From Neoechinorhynchus agilis (lineage: Eukaryota > Animalia > Acanthocephala): DNA of 64,000 nucleotides. Shown piece after piece: positions 12,430 through 24,409 of this stretch (position 1 is its first letter; each line of letters starts with the position of its first letter). The stretch covers positions 5,579,489-5,643,488 of the forward strand of contig CM121342.1 of NCBI GenBank assembly GCA_051530055.1, written 5' to 3'. Under the pieces are notes generated by a model. That model searched no databases, was not told the DNA's origin, and saw only the letters and a program-made list of their open reading frames with translations. A program made the translations under genes and the position numbers.

Positions 12430-13250
12430 CTTCAGCCTTCCACACGACTGTTTTGATTTCCCTTCTCCCTCGTCCAGCGCCGCCCAGGAACGTATGGCCC
12501 GTCTAATGACCGATCCATTTTCCTGGATTACTGTCCACGGAGCGGATACTTTTCAGCCTCAAGCGCCAAAAGGCCGCCCAGGAACGCATGGCCCGCCTCC
12601 CATCGAGACCGCAAAGTCCGAAAACACACAAAATCGCGTAATTCTTGTCGTCAGCCGTCCATACGACTGTTTTGATTTCCCTTCTCAGAGTAGCCTCGTC
12701 CTACGCCACTGAGGAACGCATGGCCCGCCTCCCGTCGAGGTCGCAAAGTCCGAAAACACCCAAAATCGCGTAATTCTTGCCGTCAGCCGTCCATACGACT
12801 GTTTTGATTTCCCTTCTCCCTCGTCCAGCGCCGCCCAGGAACGTATGGCCCGTCTAATGACCGATCCATTTTCCTGGATTACTGTCCACGGAGCGGATAC
12901 TTTTCAGCCTCAAGCGCCAAAAGGCCGCCCAGGAACGAATGGCCCGCCTCCTATCGAGGTCGCAAAGTCCGAAAACACACAAAATCGCGTAATTCTTGCC
13001 TTCAGCCGTCCATACGACTGTTTTGATTTCCCTTCTCCCTCGTCCAGCGCCGCCCAGGAACGTATGGCCCGTCTAATGACCGATCCATTTTCCTGGACTA
13101 CTGTCCACGGAGCGGATACTTTTCAGCCTCAAGCGCCCAGGAACGAATGGCCCGCCTCCCATCGAGACCGCAAAGTCCGAAAACACCCAAAATCGCGTAA
13201 TTCTTGCCTTCCACACGACCGTTTTGATTTCGCTTTTCCCTCGTCCAAAG
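12430..13250. repeat. Tandem array, ~220-bp unit with one ~131-bp deleted unit
   Basis: cgactgttttgatttccc recurs near 12446, 12665, 12796, 13016 (variant ~13216); internal duplication gccgcccaggaacg(t/c)atggcccg. Confidence 0.9.
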
Positions 13251-13587
13251 GCCGCTGATACTTTTTGTACGAATTTAAGTACAAATTCGGCTAGAGCGCT
13301 CGATCACAAGTGGACTTTTTTGCTCAAGAGAGTGCTTCGACCATCTTCGTCCGCATGACCACAACGTTAGAGCACTTTCGAGTTCTCGCGCTTTCGTCTG
13401 TCCCTCGCTGGAGCAGCAGCAGCAGCCGCTCGTGTACACTTCTGCGGCGGCGGCGGCGGCGGCGTAACACGAACGACATCGTTCGTCATCTGAGATGGGT
13501 GTTTTGGTGGCGTTTTGGTGAGACTTTTCTATTTCAACGTTCACGAGCGCTCGAACCGTCCATTCATTTTTGCTCCCTTTCTCCTAG

Positions 13588-15611
13588 ACCACCATAAAAC
13601 CAATACGCCGATTCCGGTCGAAACTACGACCGAAAACATTTTCGAACATCATATCCACCACCACCACCACCACGAACAACAGCACGAACAACCAATGTAC
13701 TCAAACACTCAAGACATGTTTACGGCTGCCACCCCGCCTCCGCCCTCATCTCGGAGGTTGGATGATGGGAAAGGAAGGAGGACTATTTCCGCCAGCCAAC
13801 CGCCACGGTCAACCCGTCCGCCAAACATTGGCCATGATATAGAGCAGTTAGATTATCTACTCGAGGACCTTCTCAGAGAAGTCCACAGTCCTGTTAACCA
13901 AGCCGACCACCACCACCACCAGTATCCTACCAATGGATACATCAGTGACGGTCTTCTCTCTCGTAGGGGACCACGTCCGAAAGCTCCTATCAAACTCTAC
14001 CGTTTGGATTTACCCTTAACGCAGCCAATGCAACGTCTTCTTCATCCACTCACATCCGGCTCTCGAAACGACGTAATGGACAATGTCTATTGGAATACAT
14101 CCCTTCCCGTCGGTGGGGCAGCGGGATATGAAACCGATAGTTGCTGTATGAAGAATCGTAGACGATTGATGATGATGGCGGACGAAAGGTGTCAAAGAGA
14201 CGGCTACGAAACAGAAGACCTGTCGACAAGACGCCGATACTCACGAACAATGCCACCACCACCACCAAGAAGACGCATTCCTGTTCTACCTTCTACAATC
14301 ATGGAAACCATCCCCGAGACAAATATCGATTCTAGCACGAATAGACGAGTAGTTCCTGTCCTTATGGAGGAGGAGGAGGAACCATCACGTCCCTCCAATC
14401 AAACACAAATTGGAAGTGCAGAAAGCATTCCGATTCAAGTGGACTTTGCGTCAAGTAGCCGTCTACCTACGACGAAATCACGAATTGTGAACGCTGTCTA
14501 CGCTTCCCCTCCTATAACCTCGTCCGCTCGTGTTCAAAAAACCGACACATCTCTACAAAATCGAGATGAAAAGCTCGTGAATCGCGAAATTGATCTCGGA
14601 CAAAATCAAACCTCAAGCAACGTCGTATCATATCATCCTTCATATGTAAAGAACAATCTACGTTTTTGGTATAAACCGAAAATATCCCGTGAAGAAACCA
14701 TCAGAATCCTCAAAAACAAAACACCAGGTCATTTTTTGATCCGCGACTCCGTCGGTTTTCCGGGCGCTTATGGATTAGCACTAAAAGTAGCACATCCACC
14801 CATCCATGTTCAAATCAAACCTGGAGCGGATCCTACTAATGAACTCGTACGACATTATCTAATTGAACCAACATCACAAGGAGTTCGGCTCAAAGGATGT
14901 GCCAATGAACCCACATATGCAACACTTTCAGCGCTGGTCTATCATCATACCATCGATCAAATCGCTCTCCCATGCAAACTCATTCTACCTTCCAACGATC
15001 CGCTTCCCATGCCAGCAACAGCCGCCCACGCTCAAACGTCCGCTCACAGCATTTTAGAGAAAGGAGCGGCTTGTTATGTCGTGTTTCTCGGCACTATTGA
15101 TCTAGCCAGCAGCAGCAGCACCAATAATCAAGCATTAGCTAATACATGCCAAAGAGCGATCGATCAATTGATGAATTCAAAAACGAGGCCAGTGCTGGTA
15201 CATTTTAGAGTCAGTTCTCAAGGAATTACCGTGACGGATGTCGCAAGACAATCGTTTACTTCGAGGCATTTCGCCGTGAACACTGTTTTACACTGTGGCC
15301 AAGATTCGGATCGAAACAGAATGTGGAACGCGGATGAGCGAGTCAGGGCCGAGCTGACTGAAGTAGCCATAACAGCAGGTCCGTTATCGCCCACGATAAA
15401 TCTACCACCACCTTCGACAATGACATGCAAACCTCGATGCTTTGCGTTCATTACCAGATCTCAGAGCGGAAACCTCGACTCAGTCTTTGTATTCGCCGAA
15501 TTCGATCCAAAACAACCTGCATCCGCTATAGTCAACTTCGTAACTAAGGTCATGCTGGCTGGTGTGCAGCAGCAGCAGCAGCGGTCGGATACATTATCCG
15601 CAAATGTGTGA
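13588..15611 (+). CDS. TNS: Tensin C-terminal exon: Pro/His-rich region + SH2 + PTB
   Basis: FWYKPKISREETIRILKNKTPGHFLIRDSVGFPGAYGLALKV and NELVRHYLIE..GVRLKGCANEP (tensin SH2); KGAACYVVFLG, VHFRVSSQGITVTD, FAEFDPKQPASAIVNFVTKVML (tensin PTB); polypyrimidine-AG acceptor at 13586-87, phase 1. Confidence 0.95.
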
Positions 15612-15757
15612 CACTCACCACTGGGCAAACAAAAACAATTGTGTTCATATCATCAACAAAAACAGAATATCGTGCGCTGAGTATTGATTTGCCTTTTTAA
15701 ATATGAGTCATGAATGGAGGGTCTTACACCACCGGCGAGGTTGAGAGTCTTTTTACT

Positions 15758-16219
15758 GATAAAATATGGCGAAGAAAATAAGAACTAAGAAATTCGATTT
15801 TATTGTGAATTTTCGGCCTTAGCGTAGGCCTTCTTGAGACCATCTAAAATGTATCAGTCACAAATCCTATGTCCTTTTGGAACGATATCTGGCGGAACGA
15901 GTAGGCGGAGTGTGTAATCGCCCTTTGGATAAACATCGCCTCCATCGTCGTTCTATCCCGTCGGTTTCTACACTCTGCGAGAACCTCAGTTGCTCCAAAA
16001 TCGATTTGGTGTCCACTCTCAATCGTATGATGTACAATCGCGGACTTCGTATCCATTTGTTTGGAGACAGCTCTCCGAAGGACATAGGATTTGTGACTGA
16101 TACATTTTAGATAGTCTGAAGAAGGCCTACGATAAGGCCGAAAATTCACAACACAAAATCGAATTTCTCAGTTCTTATTTTCTTCACCATATTTTATCAA
16201 CAATGTTAAATATATATTC
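15758..16219 (-). mobile_element. Penelope-like retroelement fragment with inverted 3'-end duplication
   Basis: GIY-YIG C-terminal motif SAIVHHTIESGHQIDF..TEVLAE.....R..MEAMFIQ; ~120-bp inverted arms 15757-15876 / 16078-16199; 13-bp direct repeat gagtctttttact at 15745-15757 and 16220-16232 (candidate TSD). Confidence 0.8.
16116..16147 (+). ncRNA. Hammerhead-ribozyme-like core in the Penelope repeat
   Basis: CTGAAGA-a-GGCCT acgata AGGCC-GAAAATTC: core motifs, 5-bp stem II, palindromic AATT then C; stem I imperfect. Confidence 0.5.
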
Positions 16220-16399
16220 GAGTCTTTTTACTCTTTTTTTAATGAGAGAACGATTCGTGCTAATTTTGCCTAAGCAATGCCAGAAACACGAAAATCATTT
16301 CGAAGACTAAAAAAAGTAGCCCATTGGAAACAAAAATTATCAAAGGGAAACAACAATTTTCTTCATGCTTTTCCTTTCTCGGGTTTGCACAAAAACTTG

Positions 16400-16574
16400 C
16401 AGCCTCCGCCCGTTTCTCTCTCTCAATAACGTCGGTCCTCAACCACACACAATCTTTCCATCGTTTTATCGGCCTTCCGCGCCTCCTGGTCCCCTCGAAT
16501 CCATCCTCGAGGAAACTCGGTGTCGGTCCCACAAGCCCATCGGATAAATGGAGGGGCATCCGACCGTAAAAACC
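16400..16574. mobile_element. RTE-clade LINE remnant: ORF C-terminus (minus) joined to a twister-like 5'-UTR piece (plus)
   Basis: Minus: GFEGTRRRGRPIKRWKDCV (RTE C-terminal G.R.RGRP..RW.D); plus 16513-16574: ggtcccacaagcccatcggataaatggagggg...cgtaaaa resembles twister GGUCCCAAGCCCGGAUAAA..GGAGGG. Confidence 0.55.
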
Positions 16575-17362
16575 TTGCACCAATAAAACCAAAAATGAGC
16601 AGTCTATAAAAAGGAAACGAGGTCCTTTTTAATATTTCCGAGAAGCCAAACCTTTCCTCTCACGTCCTCAATGCACCCTTTCATCGCGGATACAAAGACG
16701 ACTTTGATTTTATTTTCTGAATCATGCAATGGTCAGTGCAAAATATTCTTTTTATCGCTTCTTCTTTGATTTACCTCGTTGTAGAAAAACGAGTTTCATC
16801 TCTGAATATTTTTTAAACTTCTGCGCGCGTTTTGCCTTCGCTTTTTTTCGGTAGCACACAAATTAAGGCAGGGACCAGAGTCGAAATCATTATTTTGTTC
16901 CTTTTGGCGTCGAAATCATTCGGGTCGTTTGGTACCGTGGCTTAAGGAACTGGTCAATCAGTTGTCCAAGAGACTGAGATGAATCACTGACGATTCTAGA
17001 TCAGGAGCATTACTCAAACATTAGTCTGCCCCTGCAATCGGGGGAACGCTGCATTCGTCCTTTCGACCTTTACACCAGGGCGGCAGTTGAGTGATTCAAA
17101 AGGACGGTGGTGTGAAAGATTTCAAGTCTGAAAAAATATGATACTTAAAAAATTATCAAATTATTCCTAAGACAAAAAAAGGAGGTAAGATCAACAACGA
17201 ACTCCAAAGAGCACTCTTTAAAAGATTTCAAGATTCGGAAACTTTTAACACAGTTTTCGTCGAAAATACGTCATCACGAGCTGAAATTTTGAATACGCGC
17301 GCAAATTAAAAAGTGCGAAAGAAACGATAAAGCCTTTTGTACAATAAGAAACAACAAAAATC

Positions 17363-17484
17363 GGAATTGTTGTTTAGTCTTGGGCACGACGATGTTCGAA
17401 ACGTCTTTAATAAATAATCATTCACCGAGAGTGAAGACCTAAACAATAATTCCAATCGCGTTCCCCGGTACCTTACATATCGAT
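17363..17484. mobile_element. MITE-like hairpin element, copy 3
   Basis: Arms ggaattgttgtttagtctt / aagacctaaacaataattcc; tail aatcgcgttccccggtaccttacatatcga nearly identical to copy 2. Confidence 0.55.
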
Positions 17485-17693
17485 TCACATCCTTTAAAGT
17501 ATGTTTACCGAGAATCACCGTCCTGATAAAAAAGAGATCGAAATCTATTCTACTGAGTAAAGTCCGAGTTCCGGCCAACCAAGTGGAAACGGTTGAAGGA
17601 ATTAGGGAGGGAATCCGAAATATCGTCTTTTTAATTTCACCGCCAGAAAACAACCTTAAAAGAATCATTGATTATTTATTGTTAAAAATTCAT

Positions 17694-19187
17694 CTAGCAT
17701 GGCGACCCGCAAGTGACCAATTGGGCGTGATTGCATATCTGAAGTTGGTAGTCGAAAAGAGTTCCAGTTGGACAACTCATTTCAGCTGGCGGGTTAACAC
17801 GGCAATCAAAGTAGTATTCGCATCCTCGTGCCACATTTGGTTCAAAATCGATTCCACAATTGCATATTCCGCCCGCTGGTGGTTGTGTGGTCAACGGAGG
17901 CTGAGTGGTGCCGGCTGGTGGTTGTGTGGTCAATGGAGGCTGAGTTGTGCCGGCTGGTGGTTGTGTGGTCAATGGAGGCTGAGTTGTGCCGGCTGGTGGT
18001 TGTGTGGTCAATGGCGGAACTTCTTCGTCCGACTTAGCCAACTGATGGACATGTTTCATAAGCGGATATCTCCCTTGTCCACAGTGACGACCATTGAAAT
18101 CATCCAAGTCGATAGCCCAGATAATGACTCCTTTATAGCCCTTATCCTTGGCGTATTGAATTTTTATTGCAAGGCTTTGTGCATCGTCATAACCGATCCA
18201 TTTATTGTTTCCTGTCATGTACGGCACTTTCATATTTTCATCGAATCCGGAGGTTACTCCACTTTTTCCTAGTTCCTTACAAACTTCATAATAAGAAACA
18301 TAACCCGGTTCGCGCGTGAATTCTCCCATTGGGCATTGTCCATTCGGATAAGAATCGCCAAAAGAACCAGTTGCCGTGTTGAGTCCATAAAGTCTTCCAT
18401 AAAGTGGAAGGCCGATCATGAGTTTGTTCTTTGGAGCACCCTTTTGTTCATAGTAGTTCATTGCGAAGTCCATATTGAAATCCGGATTCACTGTTTGGGG
18501 ATGTGCGTATAGCGGTGCTTGATGTTCCACTTTCAAAATGTTATCGGCACAAACGAAGAAATCGTAAGTCATTACGCCGATGTGATCAAGATGATTACTG
18601 ATTGCTGGAACGTCGTAGGATGTATCGATGGTTTCTTTTCCAGCTCCAAGAGCAGCGGACAAACTGAGTCCCTGTGCTTGGAAATCCCGGTGCATTTCTT
18701 CAACGAGTCTGACAAAGTTTTCCTTGTCGGATGGACGCGATCCTTCTCGCTTGGCTGGATATTCCCAATCAAGATCAAGACCGTCGAGATTGTATTGTTT
18801 CAGAAATCCAATACTGGAATCAATGAATGTCCTTCTGTTCTCAGGAGTGGATACCATGTTAGAGAAAGTGGTCGAAGCCGCAGTCCATCCGCCAATAGCC
18901 ACTTTAATTTTCACATTTGGGTGAGCGCCCTTAAGCGATACGAGTTGACTGATCTGTTCAATGTCGTTCGCTTCGAAGGTTGCGATGCGGCTGTCCGGTC
19001 CAACCATGAGAAAAGAGTAAAGAACTTCGTCGCAAAGACTAAGATCCGTTTCTGACATTGAGAATTTACCATCTCCTAGGCGGTACTGAGACCAACTTGT
19101 GACATAACAAACGACATCGAGAGTGTTCGCTAACGGGAGAAGATAGCAAGAGAAGATTGTCAAGAACGATAGGAGTATGTTCGCCAT
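17694..19187 (-). CDS. Secreted GH18 chitinase with P/T linker and CBM14 chitin-binding domain, copy 1 (intronless)
   Basis: Signal peptide [22 protein letters not shown] (ATG 19187); catalytic [10 protein letters not shown]; [10 protein letters not shown]; [13 protein letters not shown] repeats (39 bp); six-Cys C-terminal domain. Confidence 0.95.
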   Translation of the reverse strand: MANILLSFLTIFSCYLLPLANTLDVVCYVTSWSQYRLGDGKFSMSETDLSLCDEVLYSFLMVGPDSRIATFEANDIEQISQLVSLKGAHPNVKIKVAIGGWTAASTTFSNMVSTPENRRTFIDSSIGFLKQYNLDGLDLDWEYPAKREGSRPSDKENFVRLVEEMHRDFQAQGLSLSAALGAGKETIDTSYDVPAISNHLDHIGVMTYDFFVCADNILKVEHQAPLYAHPQTVNPDFNMDFAMNYYEQKGAPKNKLMIGLPLYGRLYGLNTATGSFGDSYPNGQCPMGEFTREPGYVSYYEVCKELGKSGVTSGFDENMKVPYMTGNNKWIGYDDAQSLAIKIQYAKDKGYKGVIIWAIDLDDFNGRHCGQGRYPLMKHVHQLAKSDEEVPPLTTQPPAGTTQPPLTTQPPAGTTQPPLTTQPPAGTTQPPLTTQPPAGGICNCGIDFEPNVARGCEYYFDCRVNPPAEMSCPTGTLFDYQLQICNHAQLVTCGSPC

Positions 19188-19991
19188 TGGTTGTTGTACA
19201 AAGCGGACCAACGATGCTTTATACTCAATGAGTAATCTGCGTGTCCAATGAAGCGGAGAATACAATTACCGTAACTGGTTTGTTATTTTGATCGCTAATT
19301 GACGATTATTTTCATTGCTTTTTTGCGAAAAAACACATCAAAGGAGATACCGTCGAGCGCTTTTTTTCATGGCTTCGTTCAGTGTAGTTTCACAATGTTA
19401 AAGGTTTTTAACGTTGGCAATATTTTATGGTATTAATCGAAAAATTACAGCCATGTTCCGGGTTTTTCGTGTGTTACAAATCACGATTGCAATTTATGTT
19501 CAGAATTAACTCGATTTCCCGTTAACTACGATAATTTTTAGATTCTGTGTGAAAATCGTTGGGATTTTTTGTTCTTCAAAGCGCATTTCTTCAGAATTTT
19601 ACTTTTTCGCGATGATCCTGCGAATTTATTTGTCTATGGAAAAAACACATCAATTGGCTTAAGAGTTTTGTTGTTCAAATGATTGCGTAATTGGTTTGTA
19701 GATGGCCAGGAGCGTCTTTTTAAAGTAGCCAATTTGTTATGCTCGTTTTAGAGACTAAACTCGAAATGAATTACAAAGTTTTTTCGCATCTATGAAATTA
19801 AGGAAAACGATTGCTGTTGTCCTGTTTTCGTCAACTTCGCCACAATTTCCGTCTTTTGTTTAAAAACGAGTTATGAAGCGATCAAAACGTGTGAAAGTTG
19901 GGCGCAAAGTGGTCTTGTAAAATTCGAAGTAACCATTGCGCTCCACTCCTTTTTAAAAGAACCTTTTTTGAACGTTTTTCGATTCTTGAAG

Positions 19992-21525
19992 ATGCCTTCC
20001 CGATCAGCAGGCAGCAGTCTCGCGTCGACTTCATCCGACGATCAAGAGAACGAAGAAATTGTCGTTGATGAGATCGTTCAATACTGCGTAAATCGTGTTT
20101 CGGCGCAATATACAAATGGTGAAGTATCTGAAGAGGACGATGATCACTCACTTTCTTGCCTATCAGCGAACGAGGTTTCACCAGTCGCTCACCTAATCTC
20201 CATTTGCCCGATTTCGTCAATCGAACGCCATCGGACCTCTGCTAGAGCATCACCGATTGAACCGATACTCAGAGAAGGTAACTGGATGAACGAACTATTT
20301 TTGTATGCTTCTTACTTTATTGTAAGAAGTGTAAATAGCGAGAATGTTATCATCTCAAAACAGTTGAATGTTTGGTCAACCCCACCGGGTAACGAACGGA
20401 GACTTAATCGTGCATTTCGAGTAAGTTTCTTTAGCGTTCGTCATTGTTCTTAGAGAAATTTCTTACCTTGAAACAGGTTAATCGAAATGTAATTTTGATA
20501 TTCGCTGTCTCAGATACTCATAAATTCCAAGGATTCGCTCGAATGCTATCTGAAGCTGACCATGAAACCGGAATGACAGTCAATTGGCGCCTTCCTTCTG
20601 CGTTTAATGCGAGTTCATTCACAGGTATCATTAAACTCGATTGGATCTGCAAGTAAGTCTACTGTCGCCCATCTTAAGAATTTAAGTATCTTTGAAAACA
20701 GAAAAGAGCTGCCGTTTGTGCTGACGAGTCATTTAACAAACTCATGGAACTTTAATCGTCCTGTCAAATTCGGCCGTGACGGTCAAGGAATTGATCCTAT
20801 ATGTGGAGAGGCTTTATGCCGATTATTGATCGATGGTGGAACCACTGTTGAACATTCAACCGCTCCTGAAATTGAGATTATTAATGAGCAAGCAACTCAA
20901 CAACCGAGGTTCGTATACAAAAACAGTGATTGTCGTTAATTTCTTTTTTGTAAAAACCAAATAATAGATAAGGATTTATATGTTCTCAGGAATCTAATTA
21001 CTTTGAGGCACAGAGACTTTTTTAGTTTTTTGATAGAATTCAATAAATAGCCTACAATTTTATTGTTTTCATCATCCGGCCTCTTCAAACTTTAGATCCG
21101 TCCTTCCTTTTAACACAAGAGCTCTCTTTGGAGTGAATGAAGATGCGTTTGATGGCGATTACGACGACTACGTGAAAGCTTTCGAGGCTGAACACGAATC
21201 TCCCAATTCTTATTTCAGCGTTCCCGACGACGTCCGCTACGACCGATCTATTATAAAGCGTACACTCCAATCATTTCTTGAAAGCACCTTATCAAGTTCA
21301 ACCGAAGAAACCTCCGAACAGGCGAGGACGCTTGCTACCGCGGTAAAAACCAATCCAGAACTCCTCGACGTACTTGTTCGAGGGATTGCTAATGCATTTA
21401 ACGTAGATGAAGGCGAAGAAAAGAATGGGGACGCAATTGCTATCGATGATAGTGCGGAAACAAAGGACAGTAAAGTTCCAAAAGTCGATGACGGGTTGGA
21501 AATGAACCAAGGAGAAGTTCTCTAA
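19992..21525 (+). CDS. YTHDC1: YTH-domain m6A reader, YTHDC1-like, 4 exons
   Basis: Exons 19992-20420, 20477-20652, 20702-~20909, ~21121-21525 with GT-AG; YFIVRSVN, VWSTPPGNERRLN, KFQGFARM, NWRLP, NSWNFNRPVKFGRDGQ; C-terminal GDYDDYVKAF resembles YTHDC1 GSYNDYVREF; AATAAA near 21548. Confidence 0.9.
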
Positions 21526-21784
21526 CCGTCATAACAGGTCGATGTTCAATAAAATCGCTTACTGAAATCATCGATTCACATCCTTTAAAGTATGTTTACC
21601 GAGAATCACCGTCCTGATAAAAAAGAGATCGAAATCTATTCTACTGAGTAAAGTCCGAGTTCCGGCCAACCAAGTGGAAACGGTTGAAGGAATTAGGGAG
21701 GGAATCCGAAATATCGTCTTTTTAATTTCACCGCCAGAAAACAACCTTAAAAGAATCATTGATTATTTATTGTTAAAAATTCAT

Positions 21785-23278
21785 CTAGCATGGCGACCCG
21801 CAAGTGACCAATTGGGCGTGATTGCATATCTGAAGTTGGTAGTCGAAAAGAGTTCCAGTTGGACAACTCATTTCAGCTGGCGGGTTAACACGGCAATCAA
21901 AGTAGTATTCGCATCCTCGTGCCACATTTGGTTCAAAATCGATTCCACAATTGCATATTCCGCCCGCTGGTGGTTGTGTGGTCAACGGAGGCTGAGTGGT
22001 GCCGGCTGGTGGTTGTGTGGTCAATGGAGGCTGAGTTGTGCCGGCTGGTGGTTGTGTGGTCAATGGAGGCTGAGTTGTGCCGGCTGGTGGTTGTGTGGTC
22101 AATGGCGGAACTTCTTCGTCCGACTTAGCCAACTGATGGACATGTTTCATAAGCGGATATCTCCCTTGTCCACAGTGACGACCATTGAAATCATCCAAGT
22201 CGATAGCCCAGATAATGACTCCTTTATAGCCCTTATCCTTGGCGTATTGAATTTTTATTGCAAGGCTTTGTGCATCGTCATAACCGATCCATTTATTGTT
22301 TCCTGTCATGTACGGCACTTTCATATTTTCATCGAATCCGGAGGTTACTCCACTTTTTCCTAGTTCCTTACAAACTTCATAATAAGAAACATAACCCGGT
22401 TCGCGCGTGAATTCTCCCATTGGGCATTGTCCATTCGGATAAGAATCGCCAAAAGAACCAGTTGCCGTGTTGAGTCCATAAAGTCTTCCATAAAGTGGAA
22501 GGCCGATCATGAGTTTGTTCTTTGGAGCACCCTTTTGTTCATAGTAGTTCATTGCGAAGTCCATATTGAAATCCGGATTCACTGTTTGGGGATGTGCGTA
22601 TAGCGGTGCTTGATGTTCCACTTTCAAAATGTTATCGGCACAAACGAAGAAATCGTAAGTCATTACGCCGATGTGATCAAGATGATTACTGATTGCTGGA
22701 ACGTCGTAGGATGTATCGATGGTTTCTTTTCCAGCTCCAAGAGCAGCGGACAAACTGAGTCCCTGTGCTTGGAAATCCCGGTGCATTTCTTCAACGAGTC
22801 TGACAAAGTTTTCCTTGTCGGATGGACGCGATCCTTCTCGCTTGGCTGGATATTCCCAATCAAGATCAAGACCGTCGAGATTGTATTGTTTCAGAAATCC
22901 AATACTGGAATCAATGAATGTCCTTCTGTTCTCAGGAGTGGATACCATGTTAGAGAAAGTGGTCGAAGCCGCAGTCCATCCGCCAATAGCCACTTTAATT
23001 TTCACATTTGGGTGAGCGCCCTTAAGCGATACGAGTTGACTGATCTGTTCAATGTCGTTCGCTTCGAAGGTTGCGATGCGGCTGTCCGGTCCAACCATGA
23101 GAAAAGAGTAAAGAACTTCGTCGCAAAGACTAAGATCCGTTTCTGACATTGAGAATTTACCATCTCCTAGGCGGTACTGAGACCAACTTGTGACATAACA
23201 AACGACATCGAGAGTGTTCGCTAACGGGAGAAGATAGCAAGAGAAGATTGTCAAGAACGATAGGAGTATGTTCGCCAT
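21785..23278 (-). CDS. Secreted GH18-CBM14 chitinase, copy 2 (identical protein)
   Basis: Same translation as copy 1; lies in duplicated segment 21570-23419 (= 17479-19328, offset 4091). Confidence 0.9.
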   Translation of the reverse strand: MANILLSFLTIFSCYLLPLANTLDVVCYVTSWSQYRLGDGKFSMSETDLSLCDEVLYSFLMVGPDSRIATFEANDIEQISQLVSLKGAHPNVKIKVAIGGWTAASTTFSNMVSTPENRRTFIDSSIGFLKQYNLDGLDLDWEYPAKREGSRPSDKENFVRLVEEMHRDFQAQGLSLSAALGAGKETIDTSYDVPAISNHLDHIGVMTYDFFVCADNILKVEHQAPLYAHPQTVNPDFNMDFAMNYYEQKGAPKNKLMIGLPLYGRLYGLNTATGSFGDSYPNGQCPMGEFTREPGYVSYYEVCKELGKSGVTSGFDENMKVPYMTGNNKWIGYDDAQSLAIKIQYAKDKGYKGVIIWAIDLDDFNGRHCGQGRYPLMKHVHQLAKSDEEVPPLTTQPPAGTTQPPLTTQPPAGTTQPPLTTQPPAGTTQPPLTTQPPAGGICNCGIDFEPNVARGCEYYFDCRVNPPAEMSCPTGTLFDYQLQICNHAQLVTCGSPC

Positions 23279-23419
23279 TGGTTGTTGTACAAAGCGGACC
23301 AACGATGCTTTATACTCAATGAGTAATCTGCGTGTCCAATGAAGCGGAGAATACAATTACCGTAACTGGTTTGTTATTTTGATCGCTAATTGACGATTAT
23401 TTTCATTGCTTTTTTGCGA

Positions 23420-24236
23420 CGCTCACCTTGACAAAGTGTTCACAAATATCGACGTGTATTCATCCGCCTCTAAACCCACTCTTCGGCCCTTATCACTCGC
23501 TCCACCCCACCTCAGCGTATGAAATCTCCCCTTTTAATCGCTTGAGATAAACGTGATCATCACATCTACAGTTTTTAAAACTGTTCAATTCTATGATTCG
23601 CCCATTCTACTCTTACAACAAAGATGACCTTTCCTTTACCGTGTTCTCCCTAACCTCAATCATAAAAAATTCCCTAAGTTCGACGTGGCACACCATGGAT
23701 AACTCCCATCTCAAGAAATTACCTCGAAATTCGTCCTCTCGATCCGAAATCCCAAACTGGGCTCTTCGCTACATCATCCCCGGATTCTTCGACCCTGTTA
23801 CCAGCGTTAGAAACCACAGCCTTTTATATGACATCTTCCACTCACGCCTGAAAACTGCTAAAGTTATCCTTCTTCTAAAAAAAGGACATCCTATTTCGGC
23901 CGAATCATTCCGTCCAATATCCATTCTACCTGCCGCTCTTTCAAAGTTCATCGAAAAACGTTTTAAATCTCGCTTTCCTTCACTTGCTCGTTTTTCCATG
24001 CTACCCAATCTTCTCTCTCGAATATCAAAACTTGAAATGAACCTGAGGAAAGACCAACCTCACAAACTTTTCTCCCACAAAATCCGCATTCCATAGTTCC
24101 AATCCAATATGGTTTATCGTTCAAGTAACGATTACCCTATCTTAATAAAAAAAACAATGTCACAAAGAGGACCCAAAGACACATGGGTCTAATTCTTGTT
24201 ATCTAACAAACAAATAAACGTGTTATTATTACATTA
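23420..24236 (+). mobile_element. Internally deleted APE-RT LINE remnant (L2/CR1 group)
   Basis: LDKVFTN (APE end); IPNWALRYIIP...LKTAKVILLLKK...FRPISILPA.LSKFIEK homologous to 38088-38798; 3' end aataaacgtgtt shared with ~39671, followed by (att)n. Confidence 0.8.
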
Positions 24237-24409
24237 ATTGGCCTATAGGTTTTGTTGTTGAAATAATTGCACAATCAGTTGGAGATGGCCAGGAGCATCT
24301 TTCTACGTTATGAAGTTTCCATCACCAAGAAGGTAAAAGGCGGTAAGTGATTTTATGTATCCGCATTTTCGTTCAACAATTCCGCTTATCTTAATCTAAT
24401 GCATAGTTT

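Noticed and set aside
17583-23146. Plus-strand ORFs (229 aa, 178 aa and others) over the chitinases
   Set aside because: Antisense shadows of real coding sequence.
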